Assembly: GCA_973895155.1 (NCBI GenBank)
Contig: OZ316895.1
Coordinates: 17,030,170 to 17,094,169 of the forward strand
Source of the DNA: Marsupella aquatica
Lineage: Eukaryota; Plantae; Marchantiophyta
DNA length: 64,000 nt
Reading direction: 5' to 3'
The translations under genes were made by a program, and so were the position numbers. Below are positions 34,401-48,076 of the stretch, piece after piece. Within the stretch, counting starts at the first letter, position 1, and every line of letters starts with the position of its first letter. The notes under the pieces are model-generated. The model did no database searches and was not told the origin of the DNA. It saw nothing but the letters and a program-made list of their open reading frames with translations.

Positions 34401-37400
34401 GGCGATGGAGAATTGCAAATAAGCTGGAGCCTGACCATGAATGCTCGTCGTGGGTTTGTGCTTCTGCTGCTGCTCCTTCTCACTTGGTGATGAGAAAGGT
34501 GTCAAGGCCTCTTTGGCTTTGAGACGAACGTGTTATCGATCCATTCGCTTTAAATATGACAGCCCAACGTTTGTTTCACAGGATTTACAAATGAGACCCC
34601 AAGAGACTATCATTGCAATTTGGGACCAGATGGTCGTCGACGAGATGCTGATCAGCGCCCGGAGCTTTCTAAAGGCACAGTGGAGTTTGTTGCATCCAAG
34701 GAATATTTGGTAGGTTGGGCTTGTCAATCATGGGAGTTTTTCGGTTCTGTTGTGCAGAATGGTCGGTCAAGGACAGATAATGAATATTATAATAGGTGCA
34801 TTGTTGTCTGAACGCAATTTGAGCCACTTGCGTCCCTCATACTTTTGTTATATGGCTGTGTTTGCAGGTACGGCCTCCCATGCCAGCGGTCTACTACTTT
34901 TTGATAGATGTTTCGTCCACGTCTGTGCAAACAGGAGCTGTAGCTGCAGCCTGTAGTGCCATTAATCGGGCACTAGCAGATCTCCCAGTGAGTATCTGAT
35001 ACATTTTGACCTGTCTCCTTATATTTGTGTGGAAATAAGGGTTGTGTGTGAAAATCATCGTCCGGAGTCTAGTCCTGACGGCAGTGCATGCAAGCAGCGC
35101 GTGTGTTCAGCTCGCCATCTACTGAAGCTTCGCTAATGAACATAAACTATACGAGGTCCTCCGCTGAAGCAATTGTCGGCAATGATTTGTGACTGTGGAG
35201 CACGGCGTTGTCACCTTGGAGATCTCTACAAGGGACTTGGTTATGTTTTGGCATTTCTCACAATTAAGTGTTGTGATTATTCCTGCACAGGAAGGTCCTC
35301 AGACCATGGTTGGGATTGCAACTTTTGACACTACAATTCATTACTACAGTATCAATAAAAATCTCCAGCAGGTGAGCCTTGTACCCGTATTTATCAAGTT
35401 CCTTAGTTTCTTCAGGAGCCAGTTTCTGTTGCTCCCTCAATTATGACATCAGGCTAAGTAGTCCTTGCAAGTTTTGCTGTGCGAATATTTTACCACTGCT
35501 TCCCAATGTGACAGGCGGTGATGTTGTTAGTTCCAGATTTGTAGGAGCAGTACTTTAGTCTTACTTAATTGTCACAACTGCTTCTCACTTGGCAGGCGGC
35601 AATGTTGGTAGTTCCAGATATTCAAGATGTTTACACCCCACTTCAGTCAGACCTAATTGTTCCTCTTTCAGAGGTTCGTCCTTTCGGATTTACTGCCATG
35701 CATATGAAGTGCGTTGTGTGGGAGCAATCTAGAGTGGTAATGCCAAGGAAGGAAGTGCTGTTTCACTTTGTTAGTACGGGAACAAGCGGATGACAGAGTG
35801 GTTCAGTATGCGCACAAGGGCTTCTTGTAGGTGATGTCTTGATCAGAAGCACTACCATTGAGTCAGTAGAATTCTGAAATGACTGATCTATGTGGAGGAT
35901 TTACACGGTAGATCCCAGCTATTGTACATGAATCATTGATGGAGAGTAGGGTCCAGGTGAAAAGTCTGTTATTGCCTGCCAAATGGGTGGCTTTGGCGCT
36001 TTATCTCTTAACTTCTTGGTTGATCTGTTTTGACTCGACCGGCAACAGGTACGGGAGCAAGTAGAGCAGTTACTGGAGAGTATACCCAGTATGTTTCAGA
36101 ATAATCGAATTCCTGAGGCTGCTTTTGGTGCAGCCGTCAAGGTTGGTGCATTATATTTTGGTGGATGAAATAAACACGTCTCTTAACAATTTGGAGACAG
36201 TTGACCCTTCATCATTTTCGGAATCCTGTCAAGGTTTTAGAACAATTCGGAGTTCAGTGAAGGTCATCTAAGGAGTGTAGTGGCTTTTTCGGGGGTTGAC
36301 TGCCATGGGTGGGTGTCTGATTTATGATGGCGTAAACTCTGAAACTTGTAATCAACGTCTTTGTATAGGGTGCCTTCCTTGCAATGAAATCAACCGGGGG
36401 AAAGCTGCTAGTATTCCAGTCAGGTAAGGCATCTTATTGAAGAGGCGACTGAAATCCGGCTTTGTGACATGTTTTGCACTTCCAAATAGTGCTATCAGTG
36501 GACTTCATGAGTTGACGGTGTTTGATTACATACGATAAATGTTTGCTTTTCCTACACATTGCAGCACACAGCTAGTTGTTACTCTGGCAGCTTCATCTTG
36601 CAGCAATGCTCTTTAATTTGCCGTCGTGATGCCTCTTGTTTGTAGTTGGTTTGCCAGTGCTTATTCTTGTTTTTAATTGCTTGTGATTCATTTGCCTGAG
36701 CTAGAGTATGTGTAGCCTTCTCTCTGCAGATGAATTGAGATCAAGATAAGTAATTAATATCTCAATTCGTACTCTGCAGTGTTGCCGTCAGTTGGAATTG
36801 GAGCACTCACACCAAGGCAGAGCGCAGGGCGACTTGGTGGGGAGAAGGTAAGTGCACTATCTTGACCTAGACGGCCAGTGTGGGTGGAATTCAAGATTTT
36901 GAACTCTCGATCAAAAACTTTGCTTTTATACCTTACATGATGGATGATGGATTGCCATCCCAGAGTTTTGTCACACAAGTCGGGAGTCACATTCGTTGTC
37001 TAGGTCGGTTTTTTCCAAGTTTGGTATGGATCAGGCCACTTGAAAGTTTTCAGTTTTCAGTTTTCAGTACAACTGAGCCTGTTGTATCCCCTTCACGTGT
37101 TTTCAGGAATATCTAAAGTTGCTGCAACCTTCTGACAAAATTCTCAAAACCATGGCTATTGAATTTGCCGAGTTTCAGGTTTGTGCCATGGCTGTCCGTT
37201 TTATTTGAACCTTTGTCGCAATTTAACTTTTGTCAAAATTCTCTGCGAATCCAAATTAGCTCGAACAGAATATTGAGCAGCCTCCAGGTTTTTTGTCTAT
37301 CGACAACATAATCTTCCACAGTGCTTGCCAAGTCTATCGATAACACAGTCTGGCATAGTGCTTGCCTAGACTATCTAGAGATTCGTAGCCAGAGATTCGT

Positions 37401-40400
37401 TGAGCAACTTGTAAGTGCGCATCAAAGAGTTAAAATGGAGGTCACTTGTGAGATTATTCTCATCTGCCTTCAAGTCGCCTGCTCCAGCTGATACCGCGCA
37501 ACGCTTTGCACGACGAAACTTCTAAGAGAAAAGTTTCTGTCAAAATATATGTTTCCTAGAAAGTTTTCTTGTGCTTGTCCAATTCAGTATCTTGATGTCG
37601 AGAGTTCCTGAATGTTTTTGCAGGTCTGTGTCGAATTGTTCATCATGTCACAGGAGTATGTGGATATCATGTCGGTTGCTGTTGTGCCCCGGACTACTGG
37701 CGGCCAGGTTAGTACAAGACACAACATGAAGAAGACTATGAATATAATGGGATTAGATCTGTCCAAATTTTGTTTGGTGATATATCCTGAACCCAACCTT
37801 ATCTCCAAGAGTTGCCTTAACCAGTAAGAAAAAAACTGTGGTCTGGCAACTGCATTTGGTGGGCATTGTCGTCGTTTGTACCTTAAGAAAGTTTTTTGTG
37901 ACCTACGGTTTAAGTTAGTTTACTGATCAGCCTGCAAAGAGTAATTCGGTTCAGAGCTTGACTTCTATTGCAGGTCTATTATTATCATCCTTTCTCAGCA
38001 GTGGCAGATTCTGCAAAACTATACAATGATTTAAGGTGGAATGTTACCAGACCACAGGGGCTGGAGGCGGTCATGAGAGTTCGTTGCAGTCAGGTCTGTC
38101 GTACTTTTCGTGTTGACTTGAATAGATAGGAACATTCTAGGCAGTGACGTTATTATGGACTCGGTGGATGAGGTTGTCTGTACTCATTAGTGCAAGTTAG
38201 TTTTGGTGAAGACAGTCTTTGGCCAGGTTCTGTGGACTTGGGTTTTAACGGTTCAGTTGGAGGAATACCTCAGGCAGCTCGTTCTATGAATTGTACGTTA
38301 AATGTTTTATCTGATATCTGTATGTATACTGCCGGTGAACAGGGTTTGCAAGTACAGGATTATTCTGGAAACTTTTGTAAGCGGATTCCAACTGACGTTG
38401 ATCTGCCTGCGGTTAGTCTTGATCCTTATTCTATTCATTCCTCTCTAGGAGGGTCTGCATTTTTATTTAGGACCACTAACCCCTGCCGGTAGATCTTTCA
38501 ATGAATTATTGCATTTGTCTTTTACGTTCAGCAACAGGTACTTTGTACACAACGAATATAAATTTAAAGCATAGTCCAAGGACGTACACTAGTCTCTTCG
38601 ATGGTTTTGTCTGGTCTTGATGAATTGGGACTAAAGCTACAACTTTACTGCTCATATCGCAGATTGACTATTAGGACCGGAAGTTCGTTAGTCTTTGTGC
38701 TGTTTTAGTTTCAATTAAGGCTAAAGCTTTGGGCGGAAATTCTAGTTTCATATTGAAGTTATTGTTGGTTGTGATGATGTTCAGATCGACTGTGATAAGA
38801 CCATCATGGTTACCTTCAAGCATGATGACAAATTTCAAGACGGGGCAGAATGTTGCTTTCAGGTATTGCAGTAATCTTGTAATAACGTTTTGACAATCAG
38901 TTTGATACTTAAGATAGATACCAAGGTAAGGAGTTCAGAATGGCATTGCCGGATGGCTTGATTTGATTTGCAGGCCATCCTTCGTGAGATATAAATGACT
39001 TTGACGATCCTCAGGTTGGTTGATTGATTTGTTAACTTTACTTTTACTCCATTTGCAGTGTGCGTTGTTATATACCACTTTAACGGGTGAACGTCGGATT
39101 CGGGTCATCACACTTTCCCTGTCATGCACCACAGTCCTCAGTAATCTCTTTCGGGGAGCTGATTTGGATGCTCAGTTTACTTACCTTTTGAAGCATGGTA
39201 AGACCAAAATCTACCTACTCTGTTTTCAGCCTCTTTGTTATATTTTCTTCATAATTCACATCATTTTATCTTTCAATCATTATTGGTCAGATAATTCTCT
39301 CGTTTGTCATGAACTGAGGTGACCTGGGAACGCACTTGTAAGGCTTCTAATGGCGAGCTTACAATCTCTTTTGCAGCTGCACAGGAAGTCCCAATGTTGC
39401 CACTGTCTCAAGTGAGGGACCAGATTACATCCCAATGTGTAAACATTTTGTACACTTACCGCAAATTTTGTGCCACGGCTTCTTCTTCCGGACAACTCAT
39501 TTTACCAGAAGCTTTAAAGCTGCTTCCGTTGTACACTCTTGGTACTTCCGGCAACCTTCAGATTGGCTTTGTTTGCATATAAGTGGGTGATGTGTGTGAA
39601 TTCAATGCGTCCAAGTCCGGCAGTTGGTAGATTATGTGTGAAGTCAAGGATATTGCAATTAAACTATGCCACAAAAGTTGTGTACTTATTTTTGCCATCT
39701 CTGTACAACTTCGAGTTTCAGATTGTTAGCCCTCAAATTAACTTCAATTTAAAAAAGAGCATTCTAAGAATTTTGGATGTTGGATGCGACAACCCTGCCA
39801 AGTCGATCTGATTTCGATGGATCCAGAACGTCACATTTAATTCAGCTGATTCTCGATTGATTTGCATGCTGCTGCAGCTCTGACAAAAAGTGTTGGCCTC
39901 CGTATGGACGCCCGTTCTGACACTCACGTTGATGAGCGCACATATTGGACTACCCGAGTGGCTTCACTTCCGGCATCTCTGTCAATCCCTGCTGTCTATC
40001 CTCGCATGTTTGCCATTCATAATTTGCCATCCAAGGTTGGGTTTAATTTCTCTAAAGCTGTGATTTGAAAAAATCTGTTCTTCTTATTCCAAGTCACTGT
40101 AATATATAGGCACTGGACGAAATAAGCAACACGTGGCTGATTTTATTCTGTTTTTCTTAGGAGGAATTGGGGGGTGCTATACTACCTGCTGTAGTGCCAC
40201 TATCGAGTGAAAATCTCGACCAGGATGGGATCTTTTTGCTGGAAACAGGAGAAGATGCTTACCTATATGTCGGCAAGCAAGCAGCTGTCGAGCTTCTCCA
40301 ACAACTATTTGGTGTGAATTCTGTAGATGATGTTGTCAGTGGGCAGGTACTTTCAGATCCTGTCCGGGCATTTGCTTTGCGGATAAGAGTAGTGCAAGGG

Positions 40401-41104
40401 CTCTTGAATTCTATCTTTCCAATACTTCGAAAAAGGCTGGCCTGTGGATTGGACTCCGGATCTCAACATCCTCTAACAGCCGTTTGACTTTTATATTGCT
40501 TGCAGCAAGCTGGACCTAAGTGATTGACCTAGCTTAGGATTCTTAGGCTGAATCTGTCTCTTTGGTGTTTGGACAACCATGTCAACGTCACCGCAAGATG
40601 TGTAATGTGTGACCTTGTGGTGTTTGGCAGTTTGTGCTTCCTGTTTTTGACAACGAGCCATCGAAAAGACTAAATGAAATAATCAATGAGATCCGCCAGC
40701 AACGATCTTCATATTTGCGGTAACTGCTTAAGAGGCTGGCATTGAGCATTTGTTTTTCTCGTCTGTGGACTGCTCAGTATTGACTGTTCTAGCTTTGAGT
40801 GTGTTACTTATTATCGGGTGATGTCTTGCAGGCTACGATTATTGAGAAGAGGAGACCCTTTAGGTAATTTCGTCAACGTAAAGGCTTTACCGTCATTTTT
40901 TCTTTCTATTTCGGAAACCTGCATCAAAGCAATTAACTATGATGAGCTGTGTCTATGTCCAGATTGAGAACTAACAGTAGTCTATGTCTGGATTCAGAAT
41001 TTTTGTTCTTCTCGTTTTTGGTGGAGGACAAGTCATCATCTGGCTTGTCGTATGTCGAGTTTTTGGTCCATGTACACCGGCAAATTCAAAACAAAATGAC
41101 TTGA
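31428..41104 (+). CDS. SEC24: COPII coat protein SEC24 (plant SEC24B/C, CEF-like), more than 20 exons
   Basis: Pro/Gly/Gln-rich exon 1 (31428-32609). SRIDPNQIPRP (32932-33198), DTGNCSPRLMRSTLNQ (33329-33403), zinc finger VVDFGDSGPVRCSRCKAYINPF..FTCNLC (34152-34263). Then RPELSKGTVEFVA, the vWA trunk (YFLIDVS, TGGKLLVFQ), RPQGLEAVMRVRCSQ, QCALLYTT..GERRIRV, GQLILPEALKLLPLY, and C-terminal SYVEFLVHVHRQIQNKMT*. Confidence 0.95.
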
Positions 41105-44100
41105 TTCACTCGGAGCAGTTCTTCTTACCTTTTTTTAATGTTCATAGTTTACAATCCTAGAACTTTAGAGGATAGATCACATATTTGTTGAGAGCAGTTA
41201 TTATTGCCCTTTACCCTTTCGAAGAGAAGATGCCAGCCTTTGAGGGCCGTTTTCACTTCGGATTAGGAATTGTCCAAGATTTAATGTATTGATTATGCGG
41301 TGCCAGGAGAGAAAGCTCCGCACGAGAAACACGGGTGATATTGGATGGCTTCGTTGATTTTGTGTCTGTACAATTCTAATTTGCTTTTCTTCGCGAGCGT
41401 CCAATTCTCCATATTGCTAATAAAAAATCTCACAGAATAGAGAGTTTTTGTTGTGCCCTAATTTTCACCGTTAGGGTCGTGTATATGATTTCTGGTCAAG
41501 ATACATACAGCCACAATATAAATAGAAGTACATCATATAGCGTTTGTTCTGTCCTCTATTCTCTTCCGTCAGGAAGGTCATGTTAATGTGTGGACATGTC
41601 TCTTTTGAAGTCCCGAATTTCACCAATCGAGCTGTCTCACTGGATCCGCTGACACGGGACAAATGCTTTGTGAAAATAATCTGTCTGGGGGAATGCATCA
41701 TTCATGTGTCTAGCCAAGCAGTGGGAGGCCAAAGAGATCTAAATCACTGCTGAGTTGTTGAAAGGGCGTATGCTCTCCATTACATTTACAAGGGTTCCTA
41801 GAAGGGCTCCTCTAGTTTGAAATTATGTCACCGTCTTGGATGAGTGTGATAACCCACTAGTGACTGATTTGCTATGCTTTCTTTATGAATTCCGTGCTTA
41901 CCCTTATTACCGAGGTGCAAATCTGTGTTTTTCATAACAAAATTAACCCCAACTGTAAACTTCTGGGACAGCACCAGCATGGGAAGCAGTTTCAATGCTT
42001 TGCCGACCTACCGTAGGTGTCCAGCGCCTGGAACTTGGAAAACTTCTCGAATAACTTGTACAAATTCTCCAGATACACATGAGGATCTGTTCTCAGTGCA
42101 TCGAGGTTCATGAATTTTCTGGAGCAGCTAATGTTGGAACATTGCGTCCTCTTGACACCATCTCTCATACTCATTCATGAGTGAAGACGAATTTGAATGA
42201 ATGTCGATAAGTCTCATTTTTTTGGACCTGAGAACGACTCCCAGCTTGTTTAGCTTCGTCCATGCCGCTTTGAGCTGCACTCGAGTGTAGATCCCAAAAA
42301 ACCTTCGCTTCTTGATAGCCTGTGACTGTTGGCCTACTGCCATATCACTACTTTCCATGAACATCCGCTCTGGTTCAATTGGTTTCCCTACCACAGCGCT
42401 TCCATTCTGTCCGCAGTCATCACCTCTGCAATCTCTGAGCTGCTCGTCACCATATGATCCGAGCTCCCTTTGCTCAATTCCATGCTGCATGTGAAGCTCC
42501 TGCTGGCAGAAGATCCTTTCCTCATGTTGTGCCATCAGGGTCCCTATCATGTACAAAAACTCGTCGCTCTCTGGACTCCATAACTCTTCCAGCAGATCTG
42601 GGGTGTCTAGCCTTGTTCTGCTGGTGTCAATCCCGGAGCCTTTATCAGATGGCAAATCCTCCATGAGTACTCTGTGTTTGTCTCAGAGATTGCTCATATT
42701 GCATCCTCCATCAGTGACACTCACAAGGGCAGCTCTACCAACTGGAAAACTTACTCAAGGTCCCACATTGTAAAAAGGGGCAATGGACTTCTTCACAGTG
42801 GTGGCCTGCCAGGAGATCAATAGCACAAACATTTCTCCAGTTAAAGCTGATGATGGTTTGTGGAGAATTTTAGAGGTGGAATTGAAAACAATTTTCAATA
42901 CAAACACAAATACATCACGTTATTGTGTGATCCTATTCTGTCATTGAAAACAGGTATGGCCTTTCAGGAGAATAAGAACAGCATGCCGAGATTCCTAATT
43001 GAGAGTACGTTTTATAAAAAAAATTGAACATTACATGGTTGACTATTCTTGGGCAAAATGGAAGCTCCCATAGACCACAATCTTTGACAAGAAGTTCAGG
43101 TGGACTATTGCAACTGGCAGCCCGCTGCATGGACAACACAGCTACCATCTAGATTCAGGAAACAACTAATACGAGGGAAGGGTGTGGCTCTAACTCCCTG
43201 TCTATCGAATACATGGAAAGTAATCGAGGAAGGATTTGGTAAGTATTTACAAAATCTGTATATGTTAAACATCAGAACGGATATCAACTTCAAGAATCAC
43301 ATTATAGACCAGGATGGTCTCAAGCCTGATTAAGCCTGATTACATGGGAAAAGATTGTTGGTCCCAAGTTCCCAAGGCTGCCCGATTGGAGGGAGTTATA
43401 TTTCAAGTGGAAAGTGGAAAGAGAGACGCAAGAACCTAGTAAAAGTAACCAACTAAAAAAGTTCCATTACAGAAGAGGGCATTGGATCCCCAAGAGCCCA
43501 TAGACCAACAGGGGTATTATTTTGAAGACAAACAAGGTCATCAGGATCCCAAATTACTGAAATTGATAGACTAAGAATTATATTCAGTAACAACAGCAAT
43601 GAGACTCACCAGAAACTGAGTGCTAGCCCAAACAAATATCAGTGAGAACAAAGATGAGGGCTTCCACCCCAACAGCCATTTTTGAACGCCAATGTCTTCC
43701 TAAATGTTGCCTCGGATTTGTGTGACTAATTTCCAGGTAAGATTCAGATAAAAACAAGGAAAGACATGGGCCCCAAGAAATTAAGAATGGAAGGAGAGGA
43801 TTCACAACTTAATTACAATTGAAAAGAGAACATGGACGCCAAGAACCCACATTAATACCCCAGAAGAATCTTTTCATCACAAGTGCCAGAACTACAATCC
43901 CAAGCCATGAGTAGCATGACCCTTTTTGGAGAGAACTTAGACAATAGATGCGTGGAGGGTGGTAACAAACACACCTTGTCTGAAAGTGAGACATGTAGTA
44001 GAAGGAAAATCATAATTATGACACTGTTTCCAAAATTGTGGGGTTTGCTTTGTATATTATGGGGTTGTTAATTGTGTTGCATTTGGTTCCTGATGATCAA

Positions 44101-46589
44101 GATTGTACACTCGCTAAAAGTCCTGAATATTGGCCCAAGGTAAACCTGAAAGGAATTCCAAAACCTACACTACTATAAAAATAGGTACATGGATGCCACA
44201 ATTATGTCTGAACTATATAGCTGGCCCGTTTGAAAACACACTTATATTCACTTATTCATAATAAAGTCTAGTCTACCTTATGTAGAATATTGATTAATAT
44301 TACTAGATGTGCCCTACTCTTTGGGTGAAAGACAAGTTAGGATATTAAGTTAAATGGACAAGTCAGTGTACGTTGTAGGTACATTATTTTGTGATTTGAA
44401 AGCAAGTAAGTTAACTTTGTACCTTTCTAATTTCAGGGTCTATTTTGAGGGGCTCTCTATTTAAGCAGGGGCAGGGCTCTCTGTTTAGGTGACACCTATT
44501 TACATATAAACCATAAGCATTGGAGTTTTTTCAAACAACAGCCTGGGCCCCTCAATCCAAGGGGTGTTCCATTATCACGTGCGTAGTTTTGGGGGAATAA
44601 ACACCCTAAAACTTAATTAAGTCAATACATTTTTTTAGGAATTTTTTCATCCCTAATTTAATGGAATAATTCCAAAAATATTTCCAAATTTGATTTTAAA
44701 AAACCCTATGATTTTTATAATTCTCAAAATTGGATTCAAATAACCCTAATGTTATTCAAAACAAACAAGAATTTAAAAATATTTCACTAAACCCTATACT
44801 TATTTTTGCGTAATAGGTCGGAAGGAAAGAAGTGATGACCCCAGGAACAACAGGCATAGAAGGTACAGCGCATGGTTGGATTGTGTTCTAGTTGCCTGGT
44901 TGAGTTTGGAGAATTAGACCTTATCAAGGAATGCTCATGTAAAGAAGGGGGAGTCCGGGAGTGCCTGATAACATAAATTAATTAATATTAAAGGAATAAG
45001 ATAAGGCATCCCAATAAAAATATTAATAGGAGTTCTAGCATACCTAATAAATTTTAATAAACACTAAGGAATTGAAAGAATTAAAGGTATTGGAAGAAAT
45101 TACTAAATTGAACAAGTTACAAAGTAAAAGCATAAAATAGACCAGATTAACATAATTATATGTAACAAGCACTTCTACTAAGACTAGAACCCAAAGTGTG
45201 TCCCTCCATATAGCATATAGCAGCATGGACTAGCATGGACTAATACCTCTGGAAACTGGAGATAACATACAGTAACATAGCCAGAACCTCGAAAAGCTGT
45301 TTCAACTTGCTTTCTAAGTGTTGCAAAATGGCCATTTCAGGTTTTCCAGTTCTTCAGTGACGCCCAATCAAGACATGTGTTCACTACTGGCATTTCAACA
45401 AAAAAGTCTTCCACAACATGTGATCTCGTATAAAGTTTCAGGCTGATTTCCTCCGCGTTTGCAGAATGGACCAACATATTTTTCCAGCCTGATGTTTGTG
45501 GAACGTTGCTTCATGGATGCCATATTTATTTATTTATTTATAATGATTATTTACAATCTAAGTACGCAATCAGCTACCTGTCATGGCCTATAGTGTAGAG
45601 TGCCTCTAGACTATGCCTCTGGATCATAAGTGAAATTAAGGTGCAAGTGTCAAAATGGGTGGGTAGGATGAGGTTTCAAAATGGTTAAATGTAACCTTGA
45701 GTCTGTTTATATTCAAAGAACAACTTGTTTATATCCAAAGAACAACTTGTTTATATTCAAACACCAGCTTATTACTGAGAGGGTCCAATATGGGGTTTTC
45801 AATTTGATGGACCTTGACTTAGTAGTTACGGTTTGACAGAAAATCTTGTGGACTATCAAATTTTAGAATCCATAACTTTCTGCCATAAAAATTGTTCATA
45901 TTCCATGACCAAAAATCACTGTAGAGAATAATGAAACAAATAAGTAACCTTGTGAATGCTATGACCATTTGTTTATGGGACAAAAAATAATCATCCGCAA
46001 CTTTGAAGCTTTGAGCCTCTCTAAAAGTGCACTCCCTTGCCACGCCCAATCCAATGCAGCAAATACATCACCATGCCAAAAGACAAAAACGCCAAACAAA
46101 AAGACACTATCAGAAAGGCAAGGCAACCCAATAAAGGGGGAAGTTGAAAAAGCCCCAAGGAAACCAAGAAGGCCCAAAAAGCCATGGAGTCACTCCAAAC
46201 AAAAAGGGAACAAGAAACAAAGAATCTACCAAAGCAGTAAAAACAGTCATGTTTCATGTTGCGTCTAATTAATCCCAATCCCCATGTCTGATGCGTCATG
46301 TCATGGCCCAGCATGTTAGACCATGCCCCCCGATGGCCCGATCCACGCATTAGATAGATCCGTTGAGAATTCAAAAAAAGACGGCAACAGAATGTGGGTG
46401 GCAGCTGGCCGCATTTCGGATGTGACGTGCATGGCTGACGTGTGCATAATCCACATCGGCACGTCACGTGCAACGACAGTCTACAGAAGCATTATTACCG
46501 CCACCTGGCGAAAATGAATTTCGTTTCTCAGCCACCTGTCTAGGCGGGTGGTCCCTACCAACCGGGTACCGTGGTGACAAGTGTTTTTC

Positions 46590-47240
46590 CAAGACCGGCA
46601 CCGTTTCTGTGGTTTCTGAGATTGATCTGAGCCGTCCGCTCGGAGAGTAACGGCTGAGGTTCGCTTCCGAATCCGTTCCTCAAGCTAATATTGGACTCCC
46701 TCTTTAAGTCTTTTGGGCGAGAAAGATTGTCACTAGTGGTCCCCACCTATCGGGGACTGTAGCGAGAATAATTAGTAATTGTCCAGACCGGTACAGGTTT
46801 CGAGGTTCTGGGATTGATCTCAGCCGTCCGCTGGGAGAGTAACGGCTCAGCTCGCTTCAAAATCCGTTCCCCAAAACATTGAACTCTCTGTTTGGGCGAG
46901 AAAGATTAATTGTTACTAACTGCAGGGTCAGCCGGAGAAGAGGAGAGCGGTCCGAACCAAAGAACCAAAGAAGGGGGAGATTCGAATTTCTGAATTGATC
47001 TCAGCCGTCCGCTCGGAAAGTGAAGGGTAATTTTGCCGTTGAATGCGTTCTCAAAACATTGAACTCCCAATTTCGGCTGTAAAAGATTGTCACATGTTCG
47101 ATTTTCAAAGATTGATCTCAGCCGTCCGCTTGTAAAGTAACGGCCAATTTCGCTTCCAAATCCGTTCTCAACAGCATTGAAGTCCCAATTTTGGGTGAGA
47201 ACGATTGTTATTTGCTGAAGGGTCAACAGGAGCAGAGAAG
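46590..47240. repeat. Degenerate repeat of about 120-190 bp, 4 copies, probably TE-derived
   Basis: ATTGATCT(C/G)AGCCGTCCGCT..A.AGT near 46621, 46813, 46994 and 47111, each followed by ATCCGTTC/ATGCGTTC...CATTGAA. GAGCGGTCCGA.CCAAAGAACCAAAGAAG occurs twice. Confidence 0.75.
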
Positions 47241-48076
47241 AGCGGTCCGATCCAAAGAACCAAAGAAGACGGAGGCAAACTCAGTCGAGAATTTATCAAT
47301 GATTCGCAATCACCACAACAAACAGCGCCCACCACGCTCGAAAGCGCAACTTTGCTTGGCAGAAGTTTCAACAGCGTCCATTGGATTCGGAACAATTCGG
47401 TCGCCTGTCTTTTGCTGCTAGTGCTCGTCTTGCGTCATCCACCTGATCCGTGGCAGCATCTTAACGACTTGCCAGGTCTTTCGCATTACTTCAATTTGAG
47501 AGTTTGAGACGTTCTCTTTTCGTTTCTCTTCTCTTCTCGTCTCTTCTCTTTCACACTATTATTCTATTCTACCCCTCTCTGCATTGCGCTGTGCTGTACT
47601 CCAGATTTATTGCTTCCCTCGACGGGTGGGCCAATGTGGAGGATCCATGTTGCGTTCTGTGATTGATAGGTTGTTTGATGATCTGGAGGCGGGCGCTTGG
47701 TGGGGGTGGTCCTGTGGTGGTGGTGGAGGAATGGTATGGCCTTGCGGTTTTTGAGATTGGTGGATTGCTGAAAGAACAAGTACTGCTGGGGCGAGGTGCG
47801 AGATGATTTTCTGGTCGAGAGCAGTGCTGTTGCTTCTACTGCTGGCGACTCTGTGGTGGAATTTTGCCTACAGTGCCTGGTTTGCGTCTTGAGCAGCATA
47901 GCTCTGTGTGCACAGGAAGGCGAGGAGAAACGTGAGTGTGGTAATCTCTCTGGTCTGCTTCGGCCGGAAGGTGGTTTCTGCCTGATCTGGTTCTCCTATT
48001 TGGAGGCGAATTAGAAAGAATGGGGTGGAGAAAATCCATCTGCAAGGTGGTTCAAGATGCAGGGAGGAGGCAGTCC

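Noticed and set aside
42128-44070. 178-aa minus-strand ORF and nearby Trp-rich fragments suggestive of a decayed LINE
   Set aside because: No diagnostic motif could be identified with confidence.
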